DNA of 64,000 nt from Tubulanus polymorphus (GCF_964204645.1 NC_134036.1:2480001-2544000); one strand, 5' to 3'. Counted from the first letter of the stretch, positions 48,012-62,100 are shown. Notes: generated by a model not told the origin, from the sequence alone. Program-made: numbers and translations.

Positions 48012-49056
48012 ATCCGTGAACATGGATTTAGTGTCAGTTTATCAACGATTCAGGGTCAAATATTAAGCGTAGACATTAAAAAGGGTACAGAGCCAAATGA
48101 AACCCACAACTGTGGATTTAGGTATTAAGTCATTATTGTGGAACCATATCCACAGATACGAATGTGGAACTCGGTTCCTGTTTCTGAACTGTGGAACTGG
48201 GTGTAAGGTCACGACTGTGGAACTAGATCCTCGGATACAAATGTGGAACCGGGTTTCTGTTTCGGGTGGGACTGGGTCCACAGTGAGGATCGGGTCCGGT
48301 TATTTGTGAAACCGTCCATCATAAGTTCACTTTCAACCTTTTCCTAGATTCAAAATGATGCTGCAGGAACTCACGCATGTGTTCAACCGAAAGATTGTGC
48401 TGTGCGCTGATTGGCCGGCTGGCCGAATACTATACGCTAATTGGCTGGCTGATCGAATACTGCACGCTGATTGGCTGGCTCTAGTTTTCTTTAATATTTT
48501 TGTATATTTCCGTAATTTATTTATTTTCCTCTAAACTGGATACATTTTCTTTCTAATTCATTATAACTTGTTTTCTTGCCGTTTCGTAGATTGGGCCAGT
48601 TATTCTTAAGGTTTTTAGAGAGGATCTTGAAGCCCAGTCTACGAATCCAAATATCGCTGTTAATGAAATTGTCAACCTTGTAAATGCATATTCATAATAA
48701 TAAATACCAGCTATGCACACCAGATGGCGCTTATCTATGTCACTGCAACTTTGCTACTATGTATTACATTATATTTACCGTGTCAGGACGAAATAAAGTT
48801 GAAATGTATTTTATTTTTACTACTTTTAAATTTTGTGACTCTCGGTCATTCATTCCCTCTGTTCCAGTCGTTTGACGGTTGTTTTTTGGTGCTGTGTTTA
48901 GATACAACAATAATGGCATCTGTTGTTCGTTGCTATGAGAGATCAGTTGCTAACAGATACAGAAAGTTAATGTCGACCTTGGTACATATGAGTCCCGTTT
49001 CTGAAATAATATCAACTATCTTTAATTTACTGAAAGGTTGTTTTATTATGTCCTTG

Positions 49057-49373
49057 CAGGTGCGGATCCAGACCGTATTATCCGTATTGCCCAATACGTG
49101 CTAGAATTTTTAAGTGCCCTTCGAAATTTCACCGGCAATATTTTTGACGGCATTATTTCAACAACCGCTAATTCCGGAATTCTTTTATTCTGGATTGCTC
49201 TGCTAGTCTCTAGAAGCCCTCTAAAAGCCTTCAAATGGTACCATATTTTCAAAATTTTATGGGGAGGGCCCTCAGACCGCGCTCGCATTGACCTGGATAC
49301 TGGGTGTGCCCTAAGATCAGAAAGGTGCCCTTAAATTTCCTTCCTGTCTACCCATCCCCCTGGATCGCCCCTG
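49057..49373. mobile_element. MITE with CAGG(T/G)GCGGATCC termini
   Basis: caggtgcggatccag ... ctggatcgcccctg ends with internal gtgccc motifs. Confidence 0.55.
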
Positions 49374-50032
49374 CCTTGGTACATGGGTCAGTTACTGAAA
49401 AGGTTGCTCGATGCTAACTATAGTCCAGGGATCAGTTACTAAAAGTTTGTTTAACGATGCCCTAGGCACAGGGTACTGAAAGGTTGTTCGTGAAAGAGAC
49501 TCTTGATTTACGAGTTCGATCGAAATCCATAACTGAAGCATCAACCGAAGGATTCTCTTTCTTATGGTAATACCCTTTGGGTGTATTCTTCGTTGTTCAT
49601 CACAGTGACAACAACACTTATGTATATTTATATTTAGATTCTTTCTCGGAAAGGTTGATCTGTCTAGATCTATCGATACCCGCGATAGCTGCAGATTAAC
49701 AGAAATACGTGAATCCATCGCAAATCCATCACAAATCGTGACGGAAAAGAGTTTGCCCTTTAAAACGGTGTACCTTGGCAGACGGCTTTGTGAAGTCGGG
49801 CGTGTTGCTGTTGCATTGTGTACTGAGGGCTTTGACGCTAGTGAAGCTGATACCTAGTACTCTTAAGTTAAGCTGGCTTTTTGCTCCTGCTTTTTTGGAA
49901 TGAATATATATTGTATTGGATGATCGCTAGACTCTTTTATGGTACCGTGCTTCCGTCTGGTGGCTTAGCGTTATCAATATATGTGGATTGCTCGAATGGC
50001 CTTCAAGTAACTGCAAATCGTCTAACATCTGC

Positions 50033-50192
50033 AAGTGCCCGTGTAGGAGAGCAAGTGCCCATTAAGGAGAACAAGTTCCCTTAAAGAAGAGCAAGTGCCC
50101 ATTTAGGAGAGCAAGTGCCCGTGAAGGAGAACAAGTTCCCTTGAAGAAGAGCAAGTGCCCGTTCAGGAGAGCAACTGCCCGTTTAGGAGAGC
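50033..50192. repeat. ~20-bp minisatellite (aggagagcaagtgccc)
   Basis: About 8 degenerate units. Confidence 0.75.
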
Positions 50193-50934
50193 CCAGGAAT
50201 TTTCCATATTTGGTGCTCTGCCTCCGAACGGTCGTGATTGTTGAGAAAGCACACCATAGCAACTCTCGCTTAGTCCTCGTTGGCGTGACGTCATCATTCA
50301 TAGAGGGAAATCCTCAATTTTAATTATCAACTAAGAATAAAAGACGCAACAATGTTTTTACGTGAAAGAAATGATTTAATTTTTTTCGTAGACTAGAAAA
50401 GTTTACAGCAACGAATCGGAGAAAAATCAATATTGAAATCGGACAGTAAAAAGTCGATAGGTTTCAGAATATATTTCAACGGTTGAAATAAAACTGGCGC
50501 CGTTCCAGAAAAACTATGTCGTATCCTAAAACTGTTTTTTTAACATTTTTACCAATTTGTAATCCACACCGCCAGATGGCGCTAGTCGCATTAAGCGTTA
50601 ACGTAACTTTTAACATCAATTTTATCGTCATCTTCTAGGAATAATTTTTCCGAGGATTTTCCGAAAGAAAAAAATAGATAGTTTTCGTGGTTGTCTTATT
50701 TTCGTCAATCGTTATATTTACAACACGCACCACCACTGCCACGCCACCTGTCGGTCGGTCGGATGGAAACTCGACGTTCCTCATCGCCACCAGGTGGCGT
50801 TAGATGTATCCTACCACTCTCCGAAGAATTTATCGTTTTCATATTCGTCTCCCTGTGGATTTTCTTGTTGAGTCGGACCGGCCTTCGTTGCTCGAACTAA
50901 AAATAATTAAAAAGAATCCTTCGTTGAGTGTTAA

Positions 50935-51140
50935 ATTAATCATAATTTTACTGGATATTTAAAAAAAGGTCACCATTAGTAATTAATCATAATTTCGTTG
51001 AATCGTTGAAGTTATCGAGAATGAGAATGTCGTCATTAGTAACTAATCATAATTTTACTGAATCGTTGAAGTTATCGGGAATGAGAAGGTCGTCATTAGT
51101 AATAAATCATAATTTTACTGAATTTTTGAAGTTATTGAAA
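50935..51140. repeat. 60-bp minisatellite, reverse orientation relative to 46366-46738
   Basis: Repeats of aatcataattttactgaatcgttgaagttatcgagaatgagaaggtcgtcattagt. Confidence 0.8.
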
Positions 51141-51314
51141 ATATATGTTCATCGTCTCATTTGCATATCAAATTCAAGTAAAAGTTTATTTTATGGTAAG
51201 CAAAAACGGGAGATTAGAAAAACAGAAGAAACATGAAATGAGATATCTAGATGATCTATAATAATTTAAGATGAAAAGATGAGGTATATGATATTGATTT
51301 GAAAGTGGCGCCAC

Positions 51315-51460
51315 CTAGCGGTACGTACGGAACTGTTCAGCGCTAGTCGTCTGCTCTCGTCGTCTGAACGGCCGTTGTTCGTCTACTGCAAACTGCTGAT
51401 ATCGAGGCGCACGTTTCTGCCACTGGTAATAAGACACGCGTCGTCGTCTTAACGAACCAC
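51315..51460 (-). CDS. Possible terminal coding exon of an unidentified minus-strand gene (basic-site-rich peptide)
   Basis: Strong acceptor tttgttggttctattttcag (minus strand, 51480-51461); GC-rich open frame GSLRRRRVSYYQWQKRAPRYQQF...FRTYR-TAG; minus-strand AATAAA at 51190-51185. No upstream exon found. Confidence 0.35.
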
Positions 51461-54292
51461 CTGAAAATAGAACCAACAAATTATCAAAAATCAAAATACA
51501 ACATGGCGGCGGAAACGGTTTCAAAATGGCCGCTAATTATGTTCATTTGTGTGTGTGCGTCGGTGCTTTTGAAGTTTGTAAAAAGAGTTGAGTTTTTGAA
51601 GCTGAGTTTTTGAATGGAGGCTGCAGTCATCTTTCTGGACAGTTCTAAGCCACGCCGTCATAATATGTGGGGGTGGGGACGGGGGATTTATGAAGGCTGC
51701 TATCTTTTCTGTAAGTGTCCGCGTCAGCATAAATCGCTTCCATCGAATCTAGAAACCCACTACAGATTGGACCCCTGCTAGAGAAGTGTTTGTTTTCCTA
51801 ATTCAAATCAATTGCAATTCCATGCAATTTCAAATCATCTTATATGGCGGGGGTGAAGATGGGGGTCTTAAAGAAAGCCAAAAACAGTTCCAAAAAGTCA
51901 GAGGGTTGTGTAAATTATTTCTTATTCCTTCATTTTTTCTGTTAGGTATCTGTCAAAGATCAAATTAGAAGAGTGGGCGTAGAAGTTACGTATGACTTTT
52001 ATTTCTAGATGAAATGAATCATAAACATTGATGACGACATTTTTCAAGCACCGATGAGTCACGGAAACGTCCGAAAATAGCCGACATATTCCGCGGTTTG
52101 ATTGATCGTCCCAATCAACAATAATGAATAACGCTTCGAGTGAATTTACGTTTTACGCGTTGACGATTGTTCGGCGTCTTTCCAACGTTTTTTTTTTCTA
52201 CGTTTTTACGTGTCGAACGTCGTATTATAAATAACGTTCGATTGTTGTAACGTTGACAGGTACAAGCGTCGGAGAAATGGAAAACTGTCGCGTGTCTCAA
52301 AACGAAACGACGTGAAACGACGAAAATGGCCGCCATTACCGGAAGTAGATTCGCCTACGCGCAGAATTATAGAAACGACTCGGCAAAAAAAAAAATGATA
52401 AAGGTCGTCTGAAGATAATTTCATACAGGGTTTTAATAAGCTAATTTCTCTAATTTTCGGGATATTTAAGAAACTCCAGTAATTGGTGAATCTTCGAAAT
52501 ATGAAAGTTCAATTTAAATGAGGGCTATTACGAATTAGTTCAGAAATTTTTGAGAATGTTTTTTTTCCAACATCTGCATTCGTCATAAAAGAATTAAGTT
52601 TTTTTTGTTAAAAGGTTTTAAAAAGGTTTTTAAAGTTATAAAAAAAACAATTTTGAGAGTCTATTATCCAACAAAGTTCAGATAAAACCTAACAAAGCAA
52701 TATACAGCATCCCAAGTAGGCAGAATTTCATTTTCATGATATTCTCGGATAGATGATAATGACTATAATCGGATAGATGAAATAGTGCATGAAGGAGACT
52801 TCGAATCACTATTTGCTTGATCGGTTTAGATAGTTCAATTCATTTTGCGAATGGTCAGATAGCATGGAGGTATGAATAAGACTTCATACGGTGCCATGAA
52901 GACATGTAATCCTTTGGTTCCTATTGGGGTCAAAATCGACCGATGCCTATATTCTTTGAAAGTCTAGGCGTTCATATACAAGAATTGAGAACTTCACTAC
53001 AACGTGTGTTACACAGAATTAAAAAATAAAACAGAAACGTAGGAAAATAGAGAAACTTTGAGTCCTTGTTTGATTGGTTGGTTGGTGAGTTAAAAATTTG
53101 TTTTGTAAATTTTCTGATTTACATACTAATATATTTTCTGGTAAATGTATATATACATATGCCTATATATGTTTAAGTCTAGGCATGTTTATGCAAGAAT
53201 TGAGAACGTTAACAAAAAAAGACAAAAAGGAAAAAAGGAAACGATGACTCCCTGTTTGATTGGTTGGTGAGTTTTGCAAATTTTCAGATATATCAATTTC
53301 GTTGGTTCATTTCGTATTTGGTGTCAAAATCAAATGCATGGGTGTGTTCTATGTATGAAGAATTTCTTATGCAAAAACTTCACCCTATATAGATAATTAT
53401 ATTTGATAGAACTTATACTCCTTAATGATGAAAACAATGATATTAATAATTATGATAATAATAATGATAGATAATTATTTTTGATATTTGATATTTGATA
53501 GAGCTACGTAGGTTATACTCCTTATAATAACAACAATAAAAATAATGATAAAAATAATAATAATAATGATAAAGATAATGATAATAATAAGAAAATCGAC
53601 CCTGAAATAATTAATCTCGTCATGGAAACCCGGTTTGAAATTGGTCAGTCAGTCGCGGTCAAAACTGTGGAACTGGGATTTGTTGATGAAATTTCGAGAT
53701 CTAGCAATCTCATTTGATAATATTTATTTACAGTCCGTTACATAACACATTTCAAACAGACTTTAAAGAATTACAAATGTAAACGTTCCGGTCGTTCTTG
53801 TTGCTGCATTCGTTTGGTTCTAGTCTCCATAGTTGCATAATATGTAAAACCTGTAATCGATTTTACACTTCGGAAGGACTACCTTTTTTTAAAATTCAAA
53901 TTAACCGTCATTTAACCGTCTAAACTTGCTCGGAAGCGAGTTCAAAGATTTCCGTTCTATCCGTCATCATCATCACCATCATTATGGAGTTTCTTTTTAC
54001 AATTTTTTTTTCGCTGAAAAATTCGTTCCAGTCTCGCTTTAATTAATCAACGGATTTATATCCGAATCAGCGTCAGTGACGTCAGTAGCCGAAGTAAGTT
54101 TGCTCAGACCAGTCATCCGTTACACGGGAATAGTAACGCGCACTATTAATTAAATATTCCTGCTGCCAATGGAAGTGGAGTCTAGTTTTCTCGTCTGCAA
54201 GTGCTTCTAACAATTCAATTTAAATCTATTATATTGCTATGGAATGAGGTCGGGTCTGAATGACATTACGATAACAAAACCATTCATTCAGC

Positions 54293-54307
54293 CCACTAGA
54301 GGGCGCT
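54293..54307 (+). promoter_or_regulatory. CTCF-like motif
   Basis: CCACTAGAGGGCGCT is an essentially canonical CTCF core. Confidence 0.4.
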
Positions 54308-54610
54308 AATCAATTAGGAACGATTTAATGCCATTTGTTTTGACGATAACTAAACCATTCATTCGCAGTTAAAATAACTAGCAAATACCCAGCCAAAATA
54401 TGGGTAGAAATTGCTAGAATGCAAAAACGTGCACAAAAATACTAATTATTAGGTTTTTCCAACAAAATGTTGACCACCTCAGGACGTTCTGTCCATATCA
54501 GTGGTTGTACATGTATTGCTGAAATCGACGGCTGTAGGTGCCGCGGCTTAAGAGGAGTAACATGACAAACATTTCCTAACCACCGTCAATAATTTTTTTA
54601 GCCTAATTAT

Positions 54611-54826
54611 TAGGCTAAAAAAATTGATATCTTGTTTCCCGCTCTGCTGAGTTTAAAAGTTTACCCGGCCTGCCGCCGATCTGTTCATTACTTTTTAAAG
54701 AATCATGATAAGCTAACAATAACAGACCCGGCAGCTATAGCAATGAACTGATTACAAATTTTATTATATTTTACAAAAATGGCCCGGCCGCTGCGGAGAA
54801 ACAAGGTATCATTTTTGTTTACCCTT
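54611..54826. mobile_element. Family B MITE, inverted, apparently full length
   Basis: taggctaaaaaaattgatatcttgtttc ... gagaaacaaggtatcatttttgtttaccctta with the family B body on the minus strand. Confidence 0.7.
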
Positions 54827-55130
54827 ATAGTATGATTATGAATGCGATGATAGCCTTGATATAGAAATGTGAGGGGAACAGAGAACACAGAGGCTCTAAA
54901 TCAAAACTGAACTTTATTATTCCCAGTCCGTCCATTTTTCCTTCCACTGGTTCTGGTCTTTGAGACCGAACGTCGTGGCGCATACGCGATCGTGATTTTC
55001 CGCGGTCGATTCGGAAGCAATCGGAAATGAGTGGAAGTCGTTCGATGCGCATTTTATGACCGACCATATCCGACAAAAATAAGTCGGCAGATCGGGAGCA
55101 GAGCGTGCGTAAAATCGGAAAAAAGTTTGC

Positions 55131-55364
55131 ACCAACAGCAACAGCAACAGCTACCAGTACCAGCAGCACCAACAGCAGCAGCAGTAACAGAAAAAGTAAC
55201 AGCAGCAGCACCAGCAGCAGCAGTAACAGTTACAACAGCAGCATCAGCAGTAGCCGCGGCAGAAACAACGGCACCAGCAGCAGCAGCATCAGCAGTAGCC
55301 GCAGCAGAAACAACGGCACCAGCAGTAGCAACATCAGCAGTAGCCGCAGCAGAAACAACGGCAA

Positions 55365-55397
<33 letters not shown>

Positions 55398-55405
55398 TAA
55401 CAACT
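55131..55405. repeat. CAG/CAA-rich compound microsatellite
   Basis: Degenerate (CAG)n with three larger units catcagcagtagccgc.gcagaaacaacggca. Confidence 0.85.
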
Positions 55406-57411
55406 ACTCAAGACTCATCTATTTTATTTCTCATAAAGTCTACTTACTCCATTTAGAGTTAGATTAGTACTTCGAAAGGTTTCCTTATTATTTGTGTCAA
55501 TTGACTTCTAGTCCTCTAGCAAGTTTTACGTAGTTTTTTGCATTTTTGGAAACCTCTTTATCACCTTTATCGATTTGCTGATGTCATTGCTTTCAGGAAG
55601 CCATTGATCACCAATTTCATTACATAGATAAATCGTACCATATCACCACATTTTTGATGATGTCATAGGGGGATTTCTGATCATCGTTTGTCAGTTTAGT
55701 TTATCAGGTGTTTGATGATAAATATGAATCATAGGCCATCAATCTGTTGATATATCGCATTCGGAATTATTGAGATATCAAACATTGTCAGTGTCTGGAA
55801 CAATAACCCCTTTATTTTTATCATGTTTTGTGGTTTATGTAGCCTCGCGGACGCCAGATTTCCGAAAATCTTTTGAAGTACTTTTAATCAAAGAAAGTGC
55901 TCCTTATTTTTCCTCACGCGCCATTACAACCCGACCAGTAGGCATAACGCACAATGCGCGTGCACTGAGGCCGGCTTTATCCTGAACGCGATGACCTTTC
56001 ATCCCACCACATTGTCGCCTCCTCCGCAGGCAGTTTTACCGTTAACATAAAACGTTAGCAGCCTTTGGCAGGCGAGTGTCGTGGAAAATTTTAATAGATT
56101 TATTCTCGAAGAGAAGGACTTTGTCATATGATATCTGAATTCTGTGTATATTTCGTCGTCGCTGTCTCAAAGATTAGACAGCGACGGGTGATTTTTTCAT
56201 TATTAAGGTATGTCTCATGTTTGAAGTAACGGCGGCATCGCGCGCGCGCACGCTCACCGACTACAAGTTACAACCCGGAACTAGATTCGCGACATCTTTG
56301 ATGTCGTCGATGATTTTCGAATATTTGAATAATCTTCTTCTCTAACAGTCAGAGTCAACGGTGGATATTATTGGAAACCGAACTGTTGCTTAGATACACA
56401 TTAAAAGTAGGCCCATCTTTTACGTGATAGATCTGAATGAACTTGTGTAATCCAAGATGGCTTCCTTCAATATCTCCCAAATTGTTCATCATATTGATGT
56501 GAAAATTAAGACCGTCCTCCCTCCTGCTTTCCTTCATGTGCCTCCCTCCCTCCTAAAACATCATTGAATATGTTTTGACTTCTAGAAGACTGGCGGCCCG
56601 GTGGATTCCCTGTGACATCAAGAACTTGTGACGTCGTGATGTAGATAGAGCATTCCTGCAAATCCTCAGAAATTTTGGAAAAGTGCCCTATGCAAATACA
56701 TTGAACTGCCCTGTTTCGTTTTTCTGCGCTGGTACCCCTTTCCCCTCCCAAAAAATATTTGTAAATGCTAGGCGTGGCTCTGTCCTATGACGTCATCAGT
56801 TCTATGAATTATGACCGCCCTCGTTAACCCCCATAATATGGCATTATCAAATTTACCTTTCGGGTAAATGCTGTTGAACTTTTAAGAATATCAAAATATC
56901 ATCCGCACGAATAAGAATTTAATTCTGCTAATAACGTTCGTGATTACGTTTTACATTTTCTTCGGCGTGTCACGTGCAAACGGCGAGAAACGGCGAGAGA
57001 TTACGCGAACACGCGATATTTCACCACTCGTGCGCTCAGCTGGTAGGCCATGTTGTTAATGCAACGCATTTCGATTTCAACCGCGGCGACTGTTGCCGTG
57101 TCTAACGACACAACAACAATTTGAATTTTGAATTTTATCTCGTCGAAAAACGGTTTTCGTGAACGAAATTCTAATCCGTCGTCTCGCGGGAGAGAGATTT
57201 GAAAAAAAGTTTCGAATCCCAACCTACTCGAGTTGAAGATGAGCTCGGACTGCTTTGATCGTCTGCTATTCAAATATTCAGTTCGTATCGTTTGAGAAGG
57301 ATTTGATGCTCTGTTGGTATCGCTTACAGACAGCATAGCAAATTCGCACATCTTCGTTGCATGAACAAATCTAAAAAATGACGTGACTTGTTTCAAAAGA
57401 TTTTTACCAAG

Positions 57412-57661
57412 GTTGTCATTAGTAATTTATCATGATTGTATCGAATGATAGTTTTACTGAATCATTGAAGTTATCGAGAATCAGAAGGTCGTTATTAGTT
57501 AGAAATCATAATTTTACTGAATCGTTGAAGTTATCGAGAATTAGAAGGTCGTCATTAGTAACTAATCATAATTTTACTGAATCGTTGAAGTTATTGAGAA
57601 TGAGAATGTCGCCATTAGTAACTAATCATAATTTCACTGAATCGTTGAAGTTATTGAGAAT
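57412..57661. repeat. 60-bp minisatellite, third array
   Basis: Same unit and orientation as 50935-51140. Confidence 0.85.
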
Positions 57662-58884
57662 AAAAAGTTTCGCAGTAGATGTAACAGATTAAGTATTTGG
57701 CAGTTTGCCCGCGGGGGTGGCAGAAGGGCAGCGGCAAATACGGCATGCTACTAAAACCTCGTGCTCGCTGTGCTATTCCATTAAGTCATTAGGCTGCTAA
57801 ATAAATCCGACTTGAGAACTTTAAATCTCTTAGTCAATAAATCGAATTAGGGCGAGAGAGCGAGAGAGAGACAGACGCAGGGTGAATGCAAGACTCCACC
57901 GTGGTGAGTAAAACTGCGGGGTCTGTTTGCTTGTCTAGTGAGAGAGGGGAGAGAGGTACCTGGAAAGAGGGGTTTGGTTGCTGGCCTGCTGATGGGGAGG
58001 AAGTGAGAGGTGAAGAAGATGGTAATTGAAGAAGGGGTCTGTTCGCTTCTCTCGGGAAAGAGGGGGAGGGGAATTGGAGAGGTGAATATGCGCTGAAAGA
58101 AGGGGTCAGTTTGCTTGTCTAGAGAAAGGGGGAAGGGAAGTAACCTCTCTCGAGAGGGGTTTGGTTCTGGTCTGCTGACTTCCAATTGCATTCTGAACGT
58201 CTTTAGTCACTGTGTTTCTCCCATATATTTTAAATGTACTTTATACAATCAGATGTAGCGTCGGAAAACTGAATATAATGGTATTAAAGAAATTTTCCAA
58301 GGATGGGAAGGGCTCTAGCACCTTCCCATGGATGAGGAAAACTTTTTTTTCGCACTGCACTTTCATACTTGTAGACGTCATCTACGCGTAGGAAGAACGT
58401 GATTGGATTATATATTCAGTGACGTCATAAATCAATGATATTTCTATTACACCAATTAGTGAGATAAAGATAAAGAGGACAATGATAGAGATCGTGGTGG
58501 TGCGGGAGACTCAATCAGCAATTCATTATACTATCAAATAGCCGTTACCCGATGTTGATTATACCCGGCCAGACGTGACTGCTATTGCCGTTTCGATATT
58601 TCTATACAAAACATTCCATCATCTTTGATGTCTGAGCCGATGTAAGTAAAGATCACAAACAGAAAATTGCTTTGGTTTTCGAATAAGGCGCCCCCTCAAA
58701 ACTAAATCCAGTGCGCAACAGCAAAACTGCATTTGGTTTGTCTCTATCTAATTGGCATTCCAACTACAATTTACATCAACGATTAAACATTGAAATATAA
58801 ATAGGCATTGATGCTGATTTGTTATGTTCTAAAATTGTCAAGCTATTTGTGTCGAACCAACCTGTAAAAAATGACCCACACTTC

Positions 58885-59106
58885 TAAAAAGCTCATCGCA
58901 AGTTCAAATAAAGCAAAAAAGCTCATTGCAAATAGATGACCCAAAGCTTTAAAAAAGCTCATTGCAAATATATGACCCGTAACTTAAAAAAAAGCTCATT
59001 GCACGTTTAAATAAAGTAGAAATAAAGCTCATTGCAAATAGATGACCCATAGCTTTAGAAAAGCCCATTGCAAATATATGACCCATAACTTAAAAAAGCT
59101 CATTGC
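58885..59106. repeat. Degenerate tandem repeat aaagctcattgcaaata.atgaccc
   Basis: About 7 recurrences of aagctcattgc. Confidence 0.7.
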
Positions 59107-62100
59107 TACCTTGCAAGTTCGCATTAACAATACTTAAAAAAATTTGCCAAATACTTTTAAAAAGAATCAAGTTCTTTCTAGTAATATAATCTAATTCAGT
59201 CGTATGTGGGAGAAATGAAACATATTTGTTGAAGAAAGAATCGAAGCGCAGTCAATCTCATCATAGAACAGCGTATTGACTTTTGCAGCGGAGAACGAGA
59301 GGCCGTGAACGCTTTATTGGTAAAACTAGCACGTGTGTAACAACAAATATATATCTGGTACAAATACCTAGTAACACGTCTCTCTACTAAATATCTGTGA
59401 TTAGATTCTAAATGACGCCCCGACCTCAGCAACTCGGCGGCGCCTCTCTCGGTGTGTCAGGCGCCATTTCGATAAGCTATTCTGCTGTTTTCGGTGGAGC
59501 GCGCCTTCTAGGAGAAATTATCTCAATTCGCGATACCAAAATCTTCATCATATATTGTTACGTGTGGTTTGAGCAACCAGTAAATGGTGATTTTATTGCA
59601 AGTTTCGCGAAATTTTTAGAAAAAAAATTCATATTTCTTTTAATTTGGAATACAATAAATTTCAGGGCTGCCAACATCCGAAAAGGGCTATCAGAAACAA
59701 ATTGAGATTTTTCCAGTTACATTTCTATGAAATATGTAAGAAAATGTTCAAAATAATCGGTTATCGACAGGAAGATCTTCAATATCATCTTTCACATTTC
59801 TGTACAAATTAATCAGAAATCAACTTTAAGTTCATCAGTAACATCTTTCAAATGTCTGTATGCGTCAAACAAATCGAATCAAATCAGTAGTTCTTGTTAT
59901 AAAATAGTAACAGATATTGAAAATCAGGAACAGTTGACAGCTCTATATTGTAATCTCAACTAGGAAGGATGGATTTAGCCATACGGTGGTCGATATCGGT
60001 CATACGATAAGCGGATACATTTAATTTAGAAAGGCGTTAACAACACAACAGAACAGAACGTTAGAAATAAAATAATCGCATAGCGACAAAAAGATAAGAA
60101 TTTAAGATTTGTCAACGCGTCACAATGAAACCGTTAATTTCCGCACCCGGCAACACGCTAGACTGCATTCCCATTTCTTAATCTGCCCACAAACTCCTCC
60201 GTCGTTTTCGTCCGTTTTTTTCGCCGTAAAATGTGATAAATAATAAATATTTCGTAAATTGTTTTCGGCGACGACGAGGATTTTGATGGACGGGTGCGTG
60301 GTTTTTTCTTCTCGCGGTCGAGAGGGAGATGTGACGAATGTTGGGAAATGAAAAATTAATCCTTATACATCACCGGCATTTATCTCAAATAGCGCCGTGG
60401 CGAGGTGATTTATATGCATTTACTGAAATCATCTGTAAAACTAAACACATCAGAAAAAATGGCCGTTTTCATAAATTCATCGTGACGTGGATATATAGCT
60501 CGCTACTTCCGGTAAAGATGGCTACCTTCATTTTTATTCCTTGACGTCATCGAATTGATGTGGTCACGTTTTACATTAATATCCACTGCCTCTTTTTGAA
60601 AAAAGTGCCCGTCTTTGAGGTGAGGCGGTCAAAATTTGACCCTGTGTCTGACCCTATGTTCTTGACGTTGGGGCCTGTTTTAAAGACTGGTTTTATCTTT
60701 AACCTGGAGATTAAATTGATTAATTTTCAATTCAGTTAACCCCCGGATTAAAGATAATACCAATCTATTAACCTGGGCCACGATTTCTGACATTTTTCCA
60801 TCGAGATTTTAGTTACACCTGGTACGCTGTTTGCTCGCATGCCGCAGGTGGTAGCGATGAAAGAGCCGGCACGCAGTCACGTGGTACGTGTGTGCGTTTA
60901 GCTGGCTGGGTAAACTTTTTCGGGAGGAAAATTCAGGATGAAAGATAAATTTATAATTCTCGAAATATGAATTCGTAACCGGCGGGTAAAATTTCGAATT
61001 GTGCGGCGCTTGGAATCGGCGAGGTGAAAATCGTTCTTACAGTCCCGCTGTTCCTATTAAAGTTTGAAGCGATCTGTTGTTTTTCCGATTGGGCGCGAAA
61101 TCATCGGCGGATTTTTCATTCCGATTTTTCGAACATCGATTATGAATATTATAACTGTTTGAATTTGCTTTGTGAGATTCCGGCCGAAACTATCATATTT
61201 TCTGATCCGATTATCTCAAAATATCATCGTGGTTGTGGTATATATCATAGAGTATTGATATAAAGATGGCGATGCAGAGATGTTTGATTTAAAACTCATT
61301 TTGCAGACGACACGATTTATAGCCCTAGACCTACGATAAATCTTTGACCCGGCAAAATCGACGGACGAAAATTCGATTTATTCGTGAATTATTTCAAGAC
61401 TTCGCTTCGAAGTTTATAGCGATCGCCATTCATTAATTTCGCCATCAAAATCTAATGAATGTGTTTGTTTACCGGAGGTAGCTACGCAGTGAATATACAA
61501 ATCAGAATATTTTCTCGTCATATCCTGAAGTTTATGCGTAATCACGTTTAGCCGTTAATTTTGAAATTTGCAGTTTTGTAAGATTTTTAGAAATCTAGAA
61601 TTATAGGCTGTTCCGAGAACTTTTAACAGATTCAGATAGTCGCTGAGATACTCCGGAATTTTAAATTAATGCAAATTCACGTTTGACCGTTAATTTAAAA
61701 TTATTTGATTTGAATATTCGCCGCGCGCCGACCGGAAGGTCGTCGATCGAGCGAAGAAACAAATGACTTTCCGTTTCCGGGTCGCGCGCTGTGGTCAAGG
61801 TCGGCGGAAATGATGTCGATGACGAATTTCAAACGCTCGCTCACGAACCGTCGAAACTGTTGAATTCATCTTTACACATTTTTATTGATTTTTTTTTTAA
61901 CATGCACGGGTTCATCTTGGCACGAATTGTAAGCGAAAACGGTTTCTCACTGAACGGCTGTTTCGGCGGCATTTCGAGTCGCTTTATCACGAAACGTTTT
62001 CGTTTCAATTACGGTTAAAGAAGTTCTTGTTTTCATCGAAATTCGATAAAAACAGAAATAAAACTTGAAAATAATTTTCGACGCGCGAAGCCCTCGGAAC

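Noticed and set aside
54825-55467. Ala/Thr-, Ser- or Leu-rich ORFs
   Set aside because: Driven by the CAG compound microsatellite; no convincing start or splice sites.
57001-58191. Minus-strand ORFs of 131 and 114 aa
   Set aside because: No recognisable domain or exon boundaries; the second overlaps a duplicated purine-rich tract.
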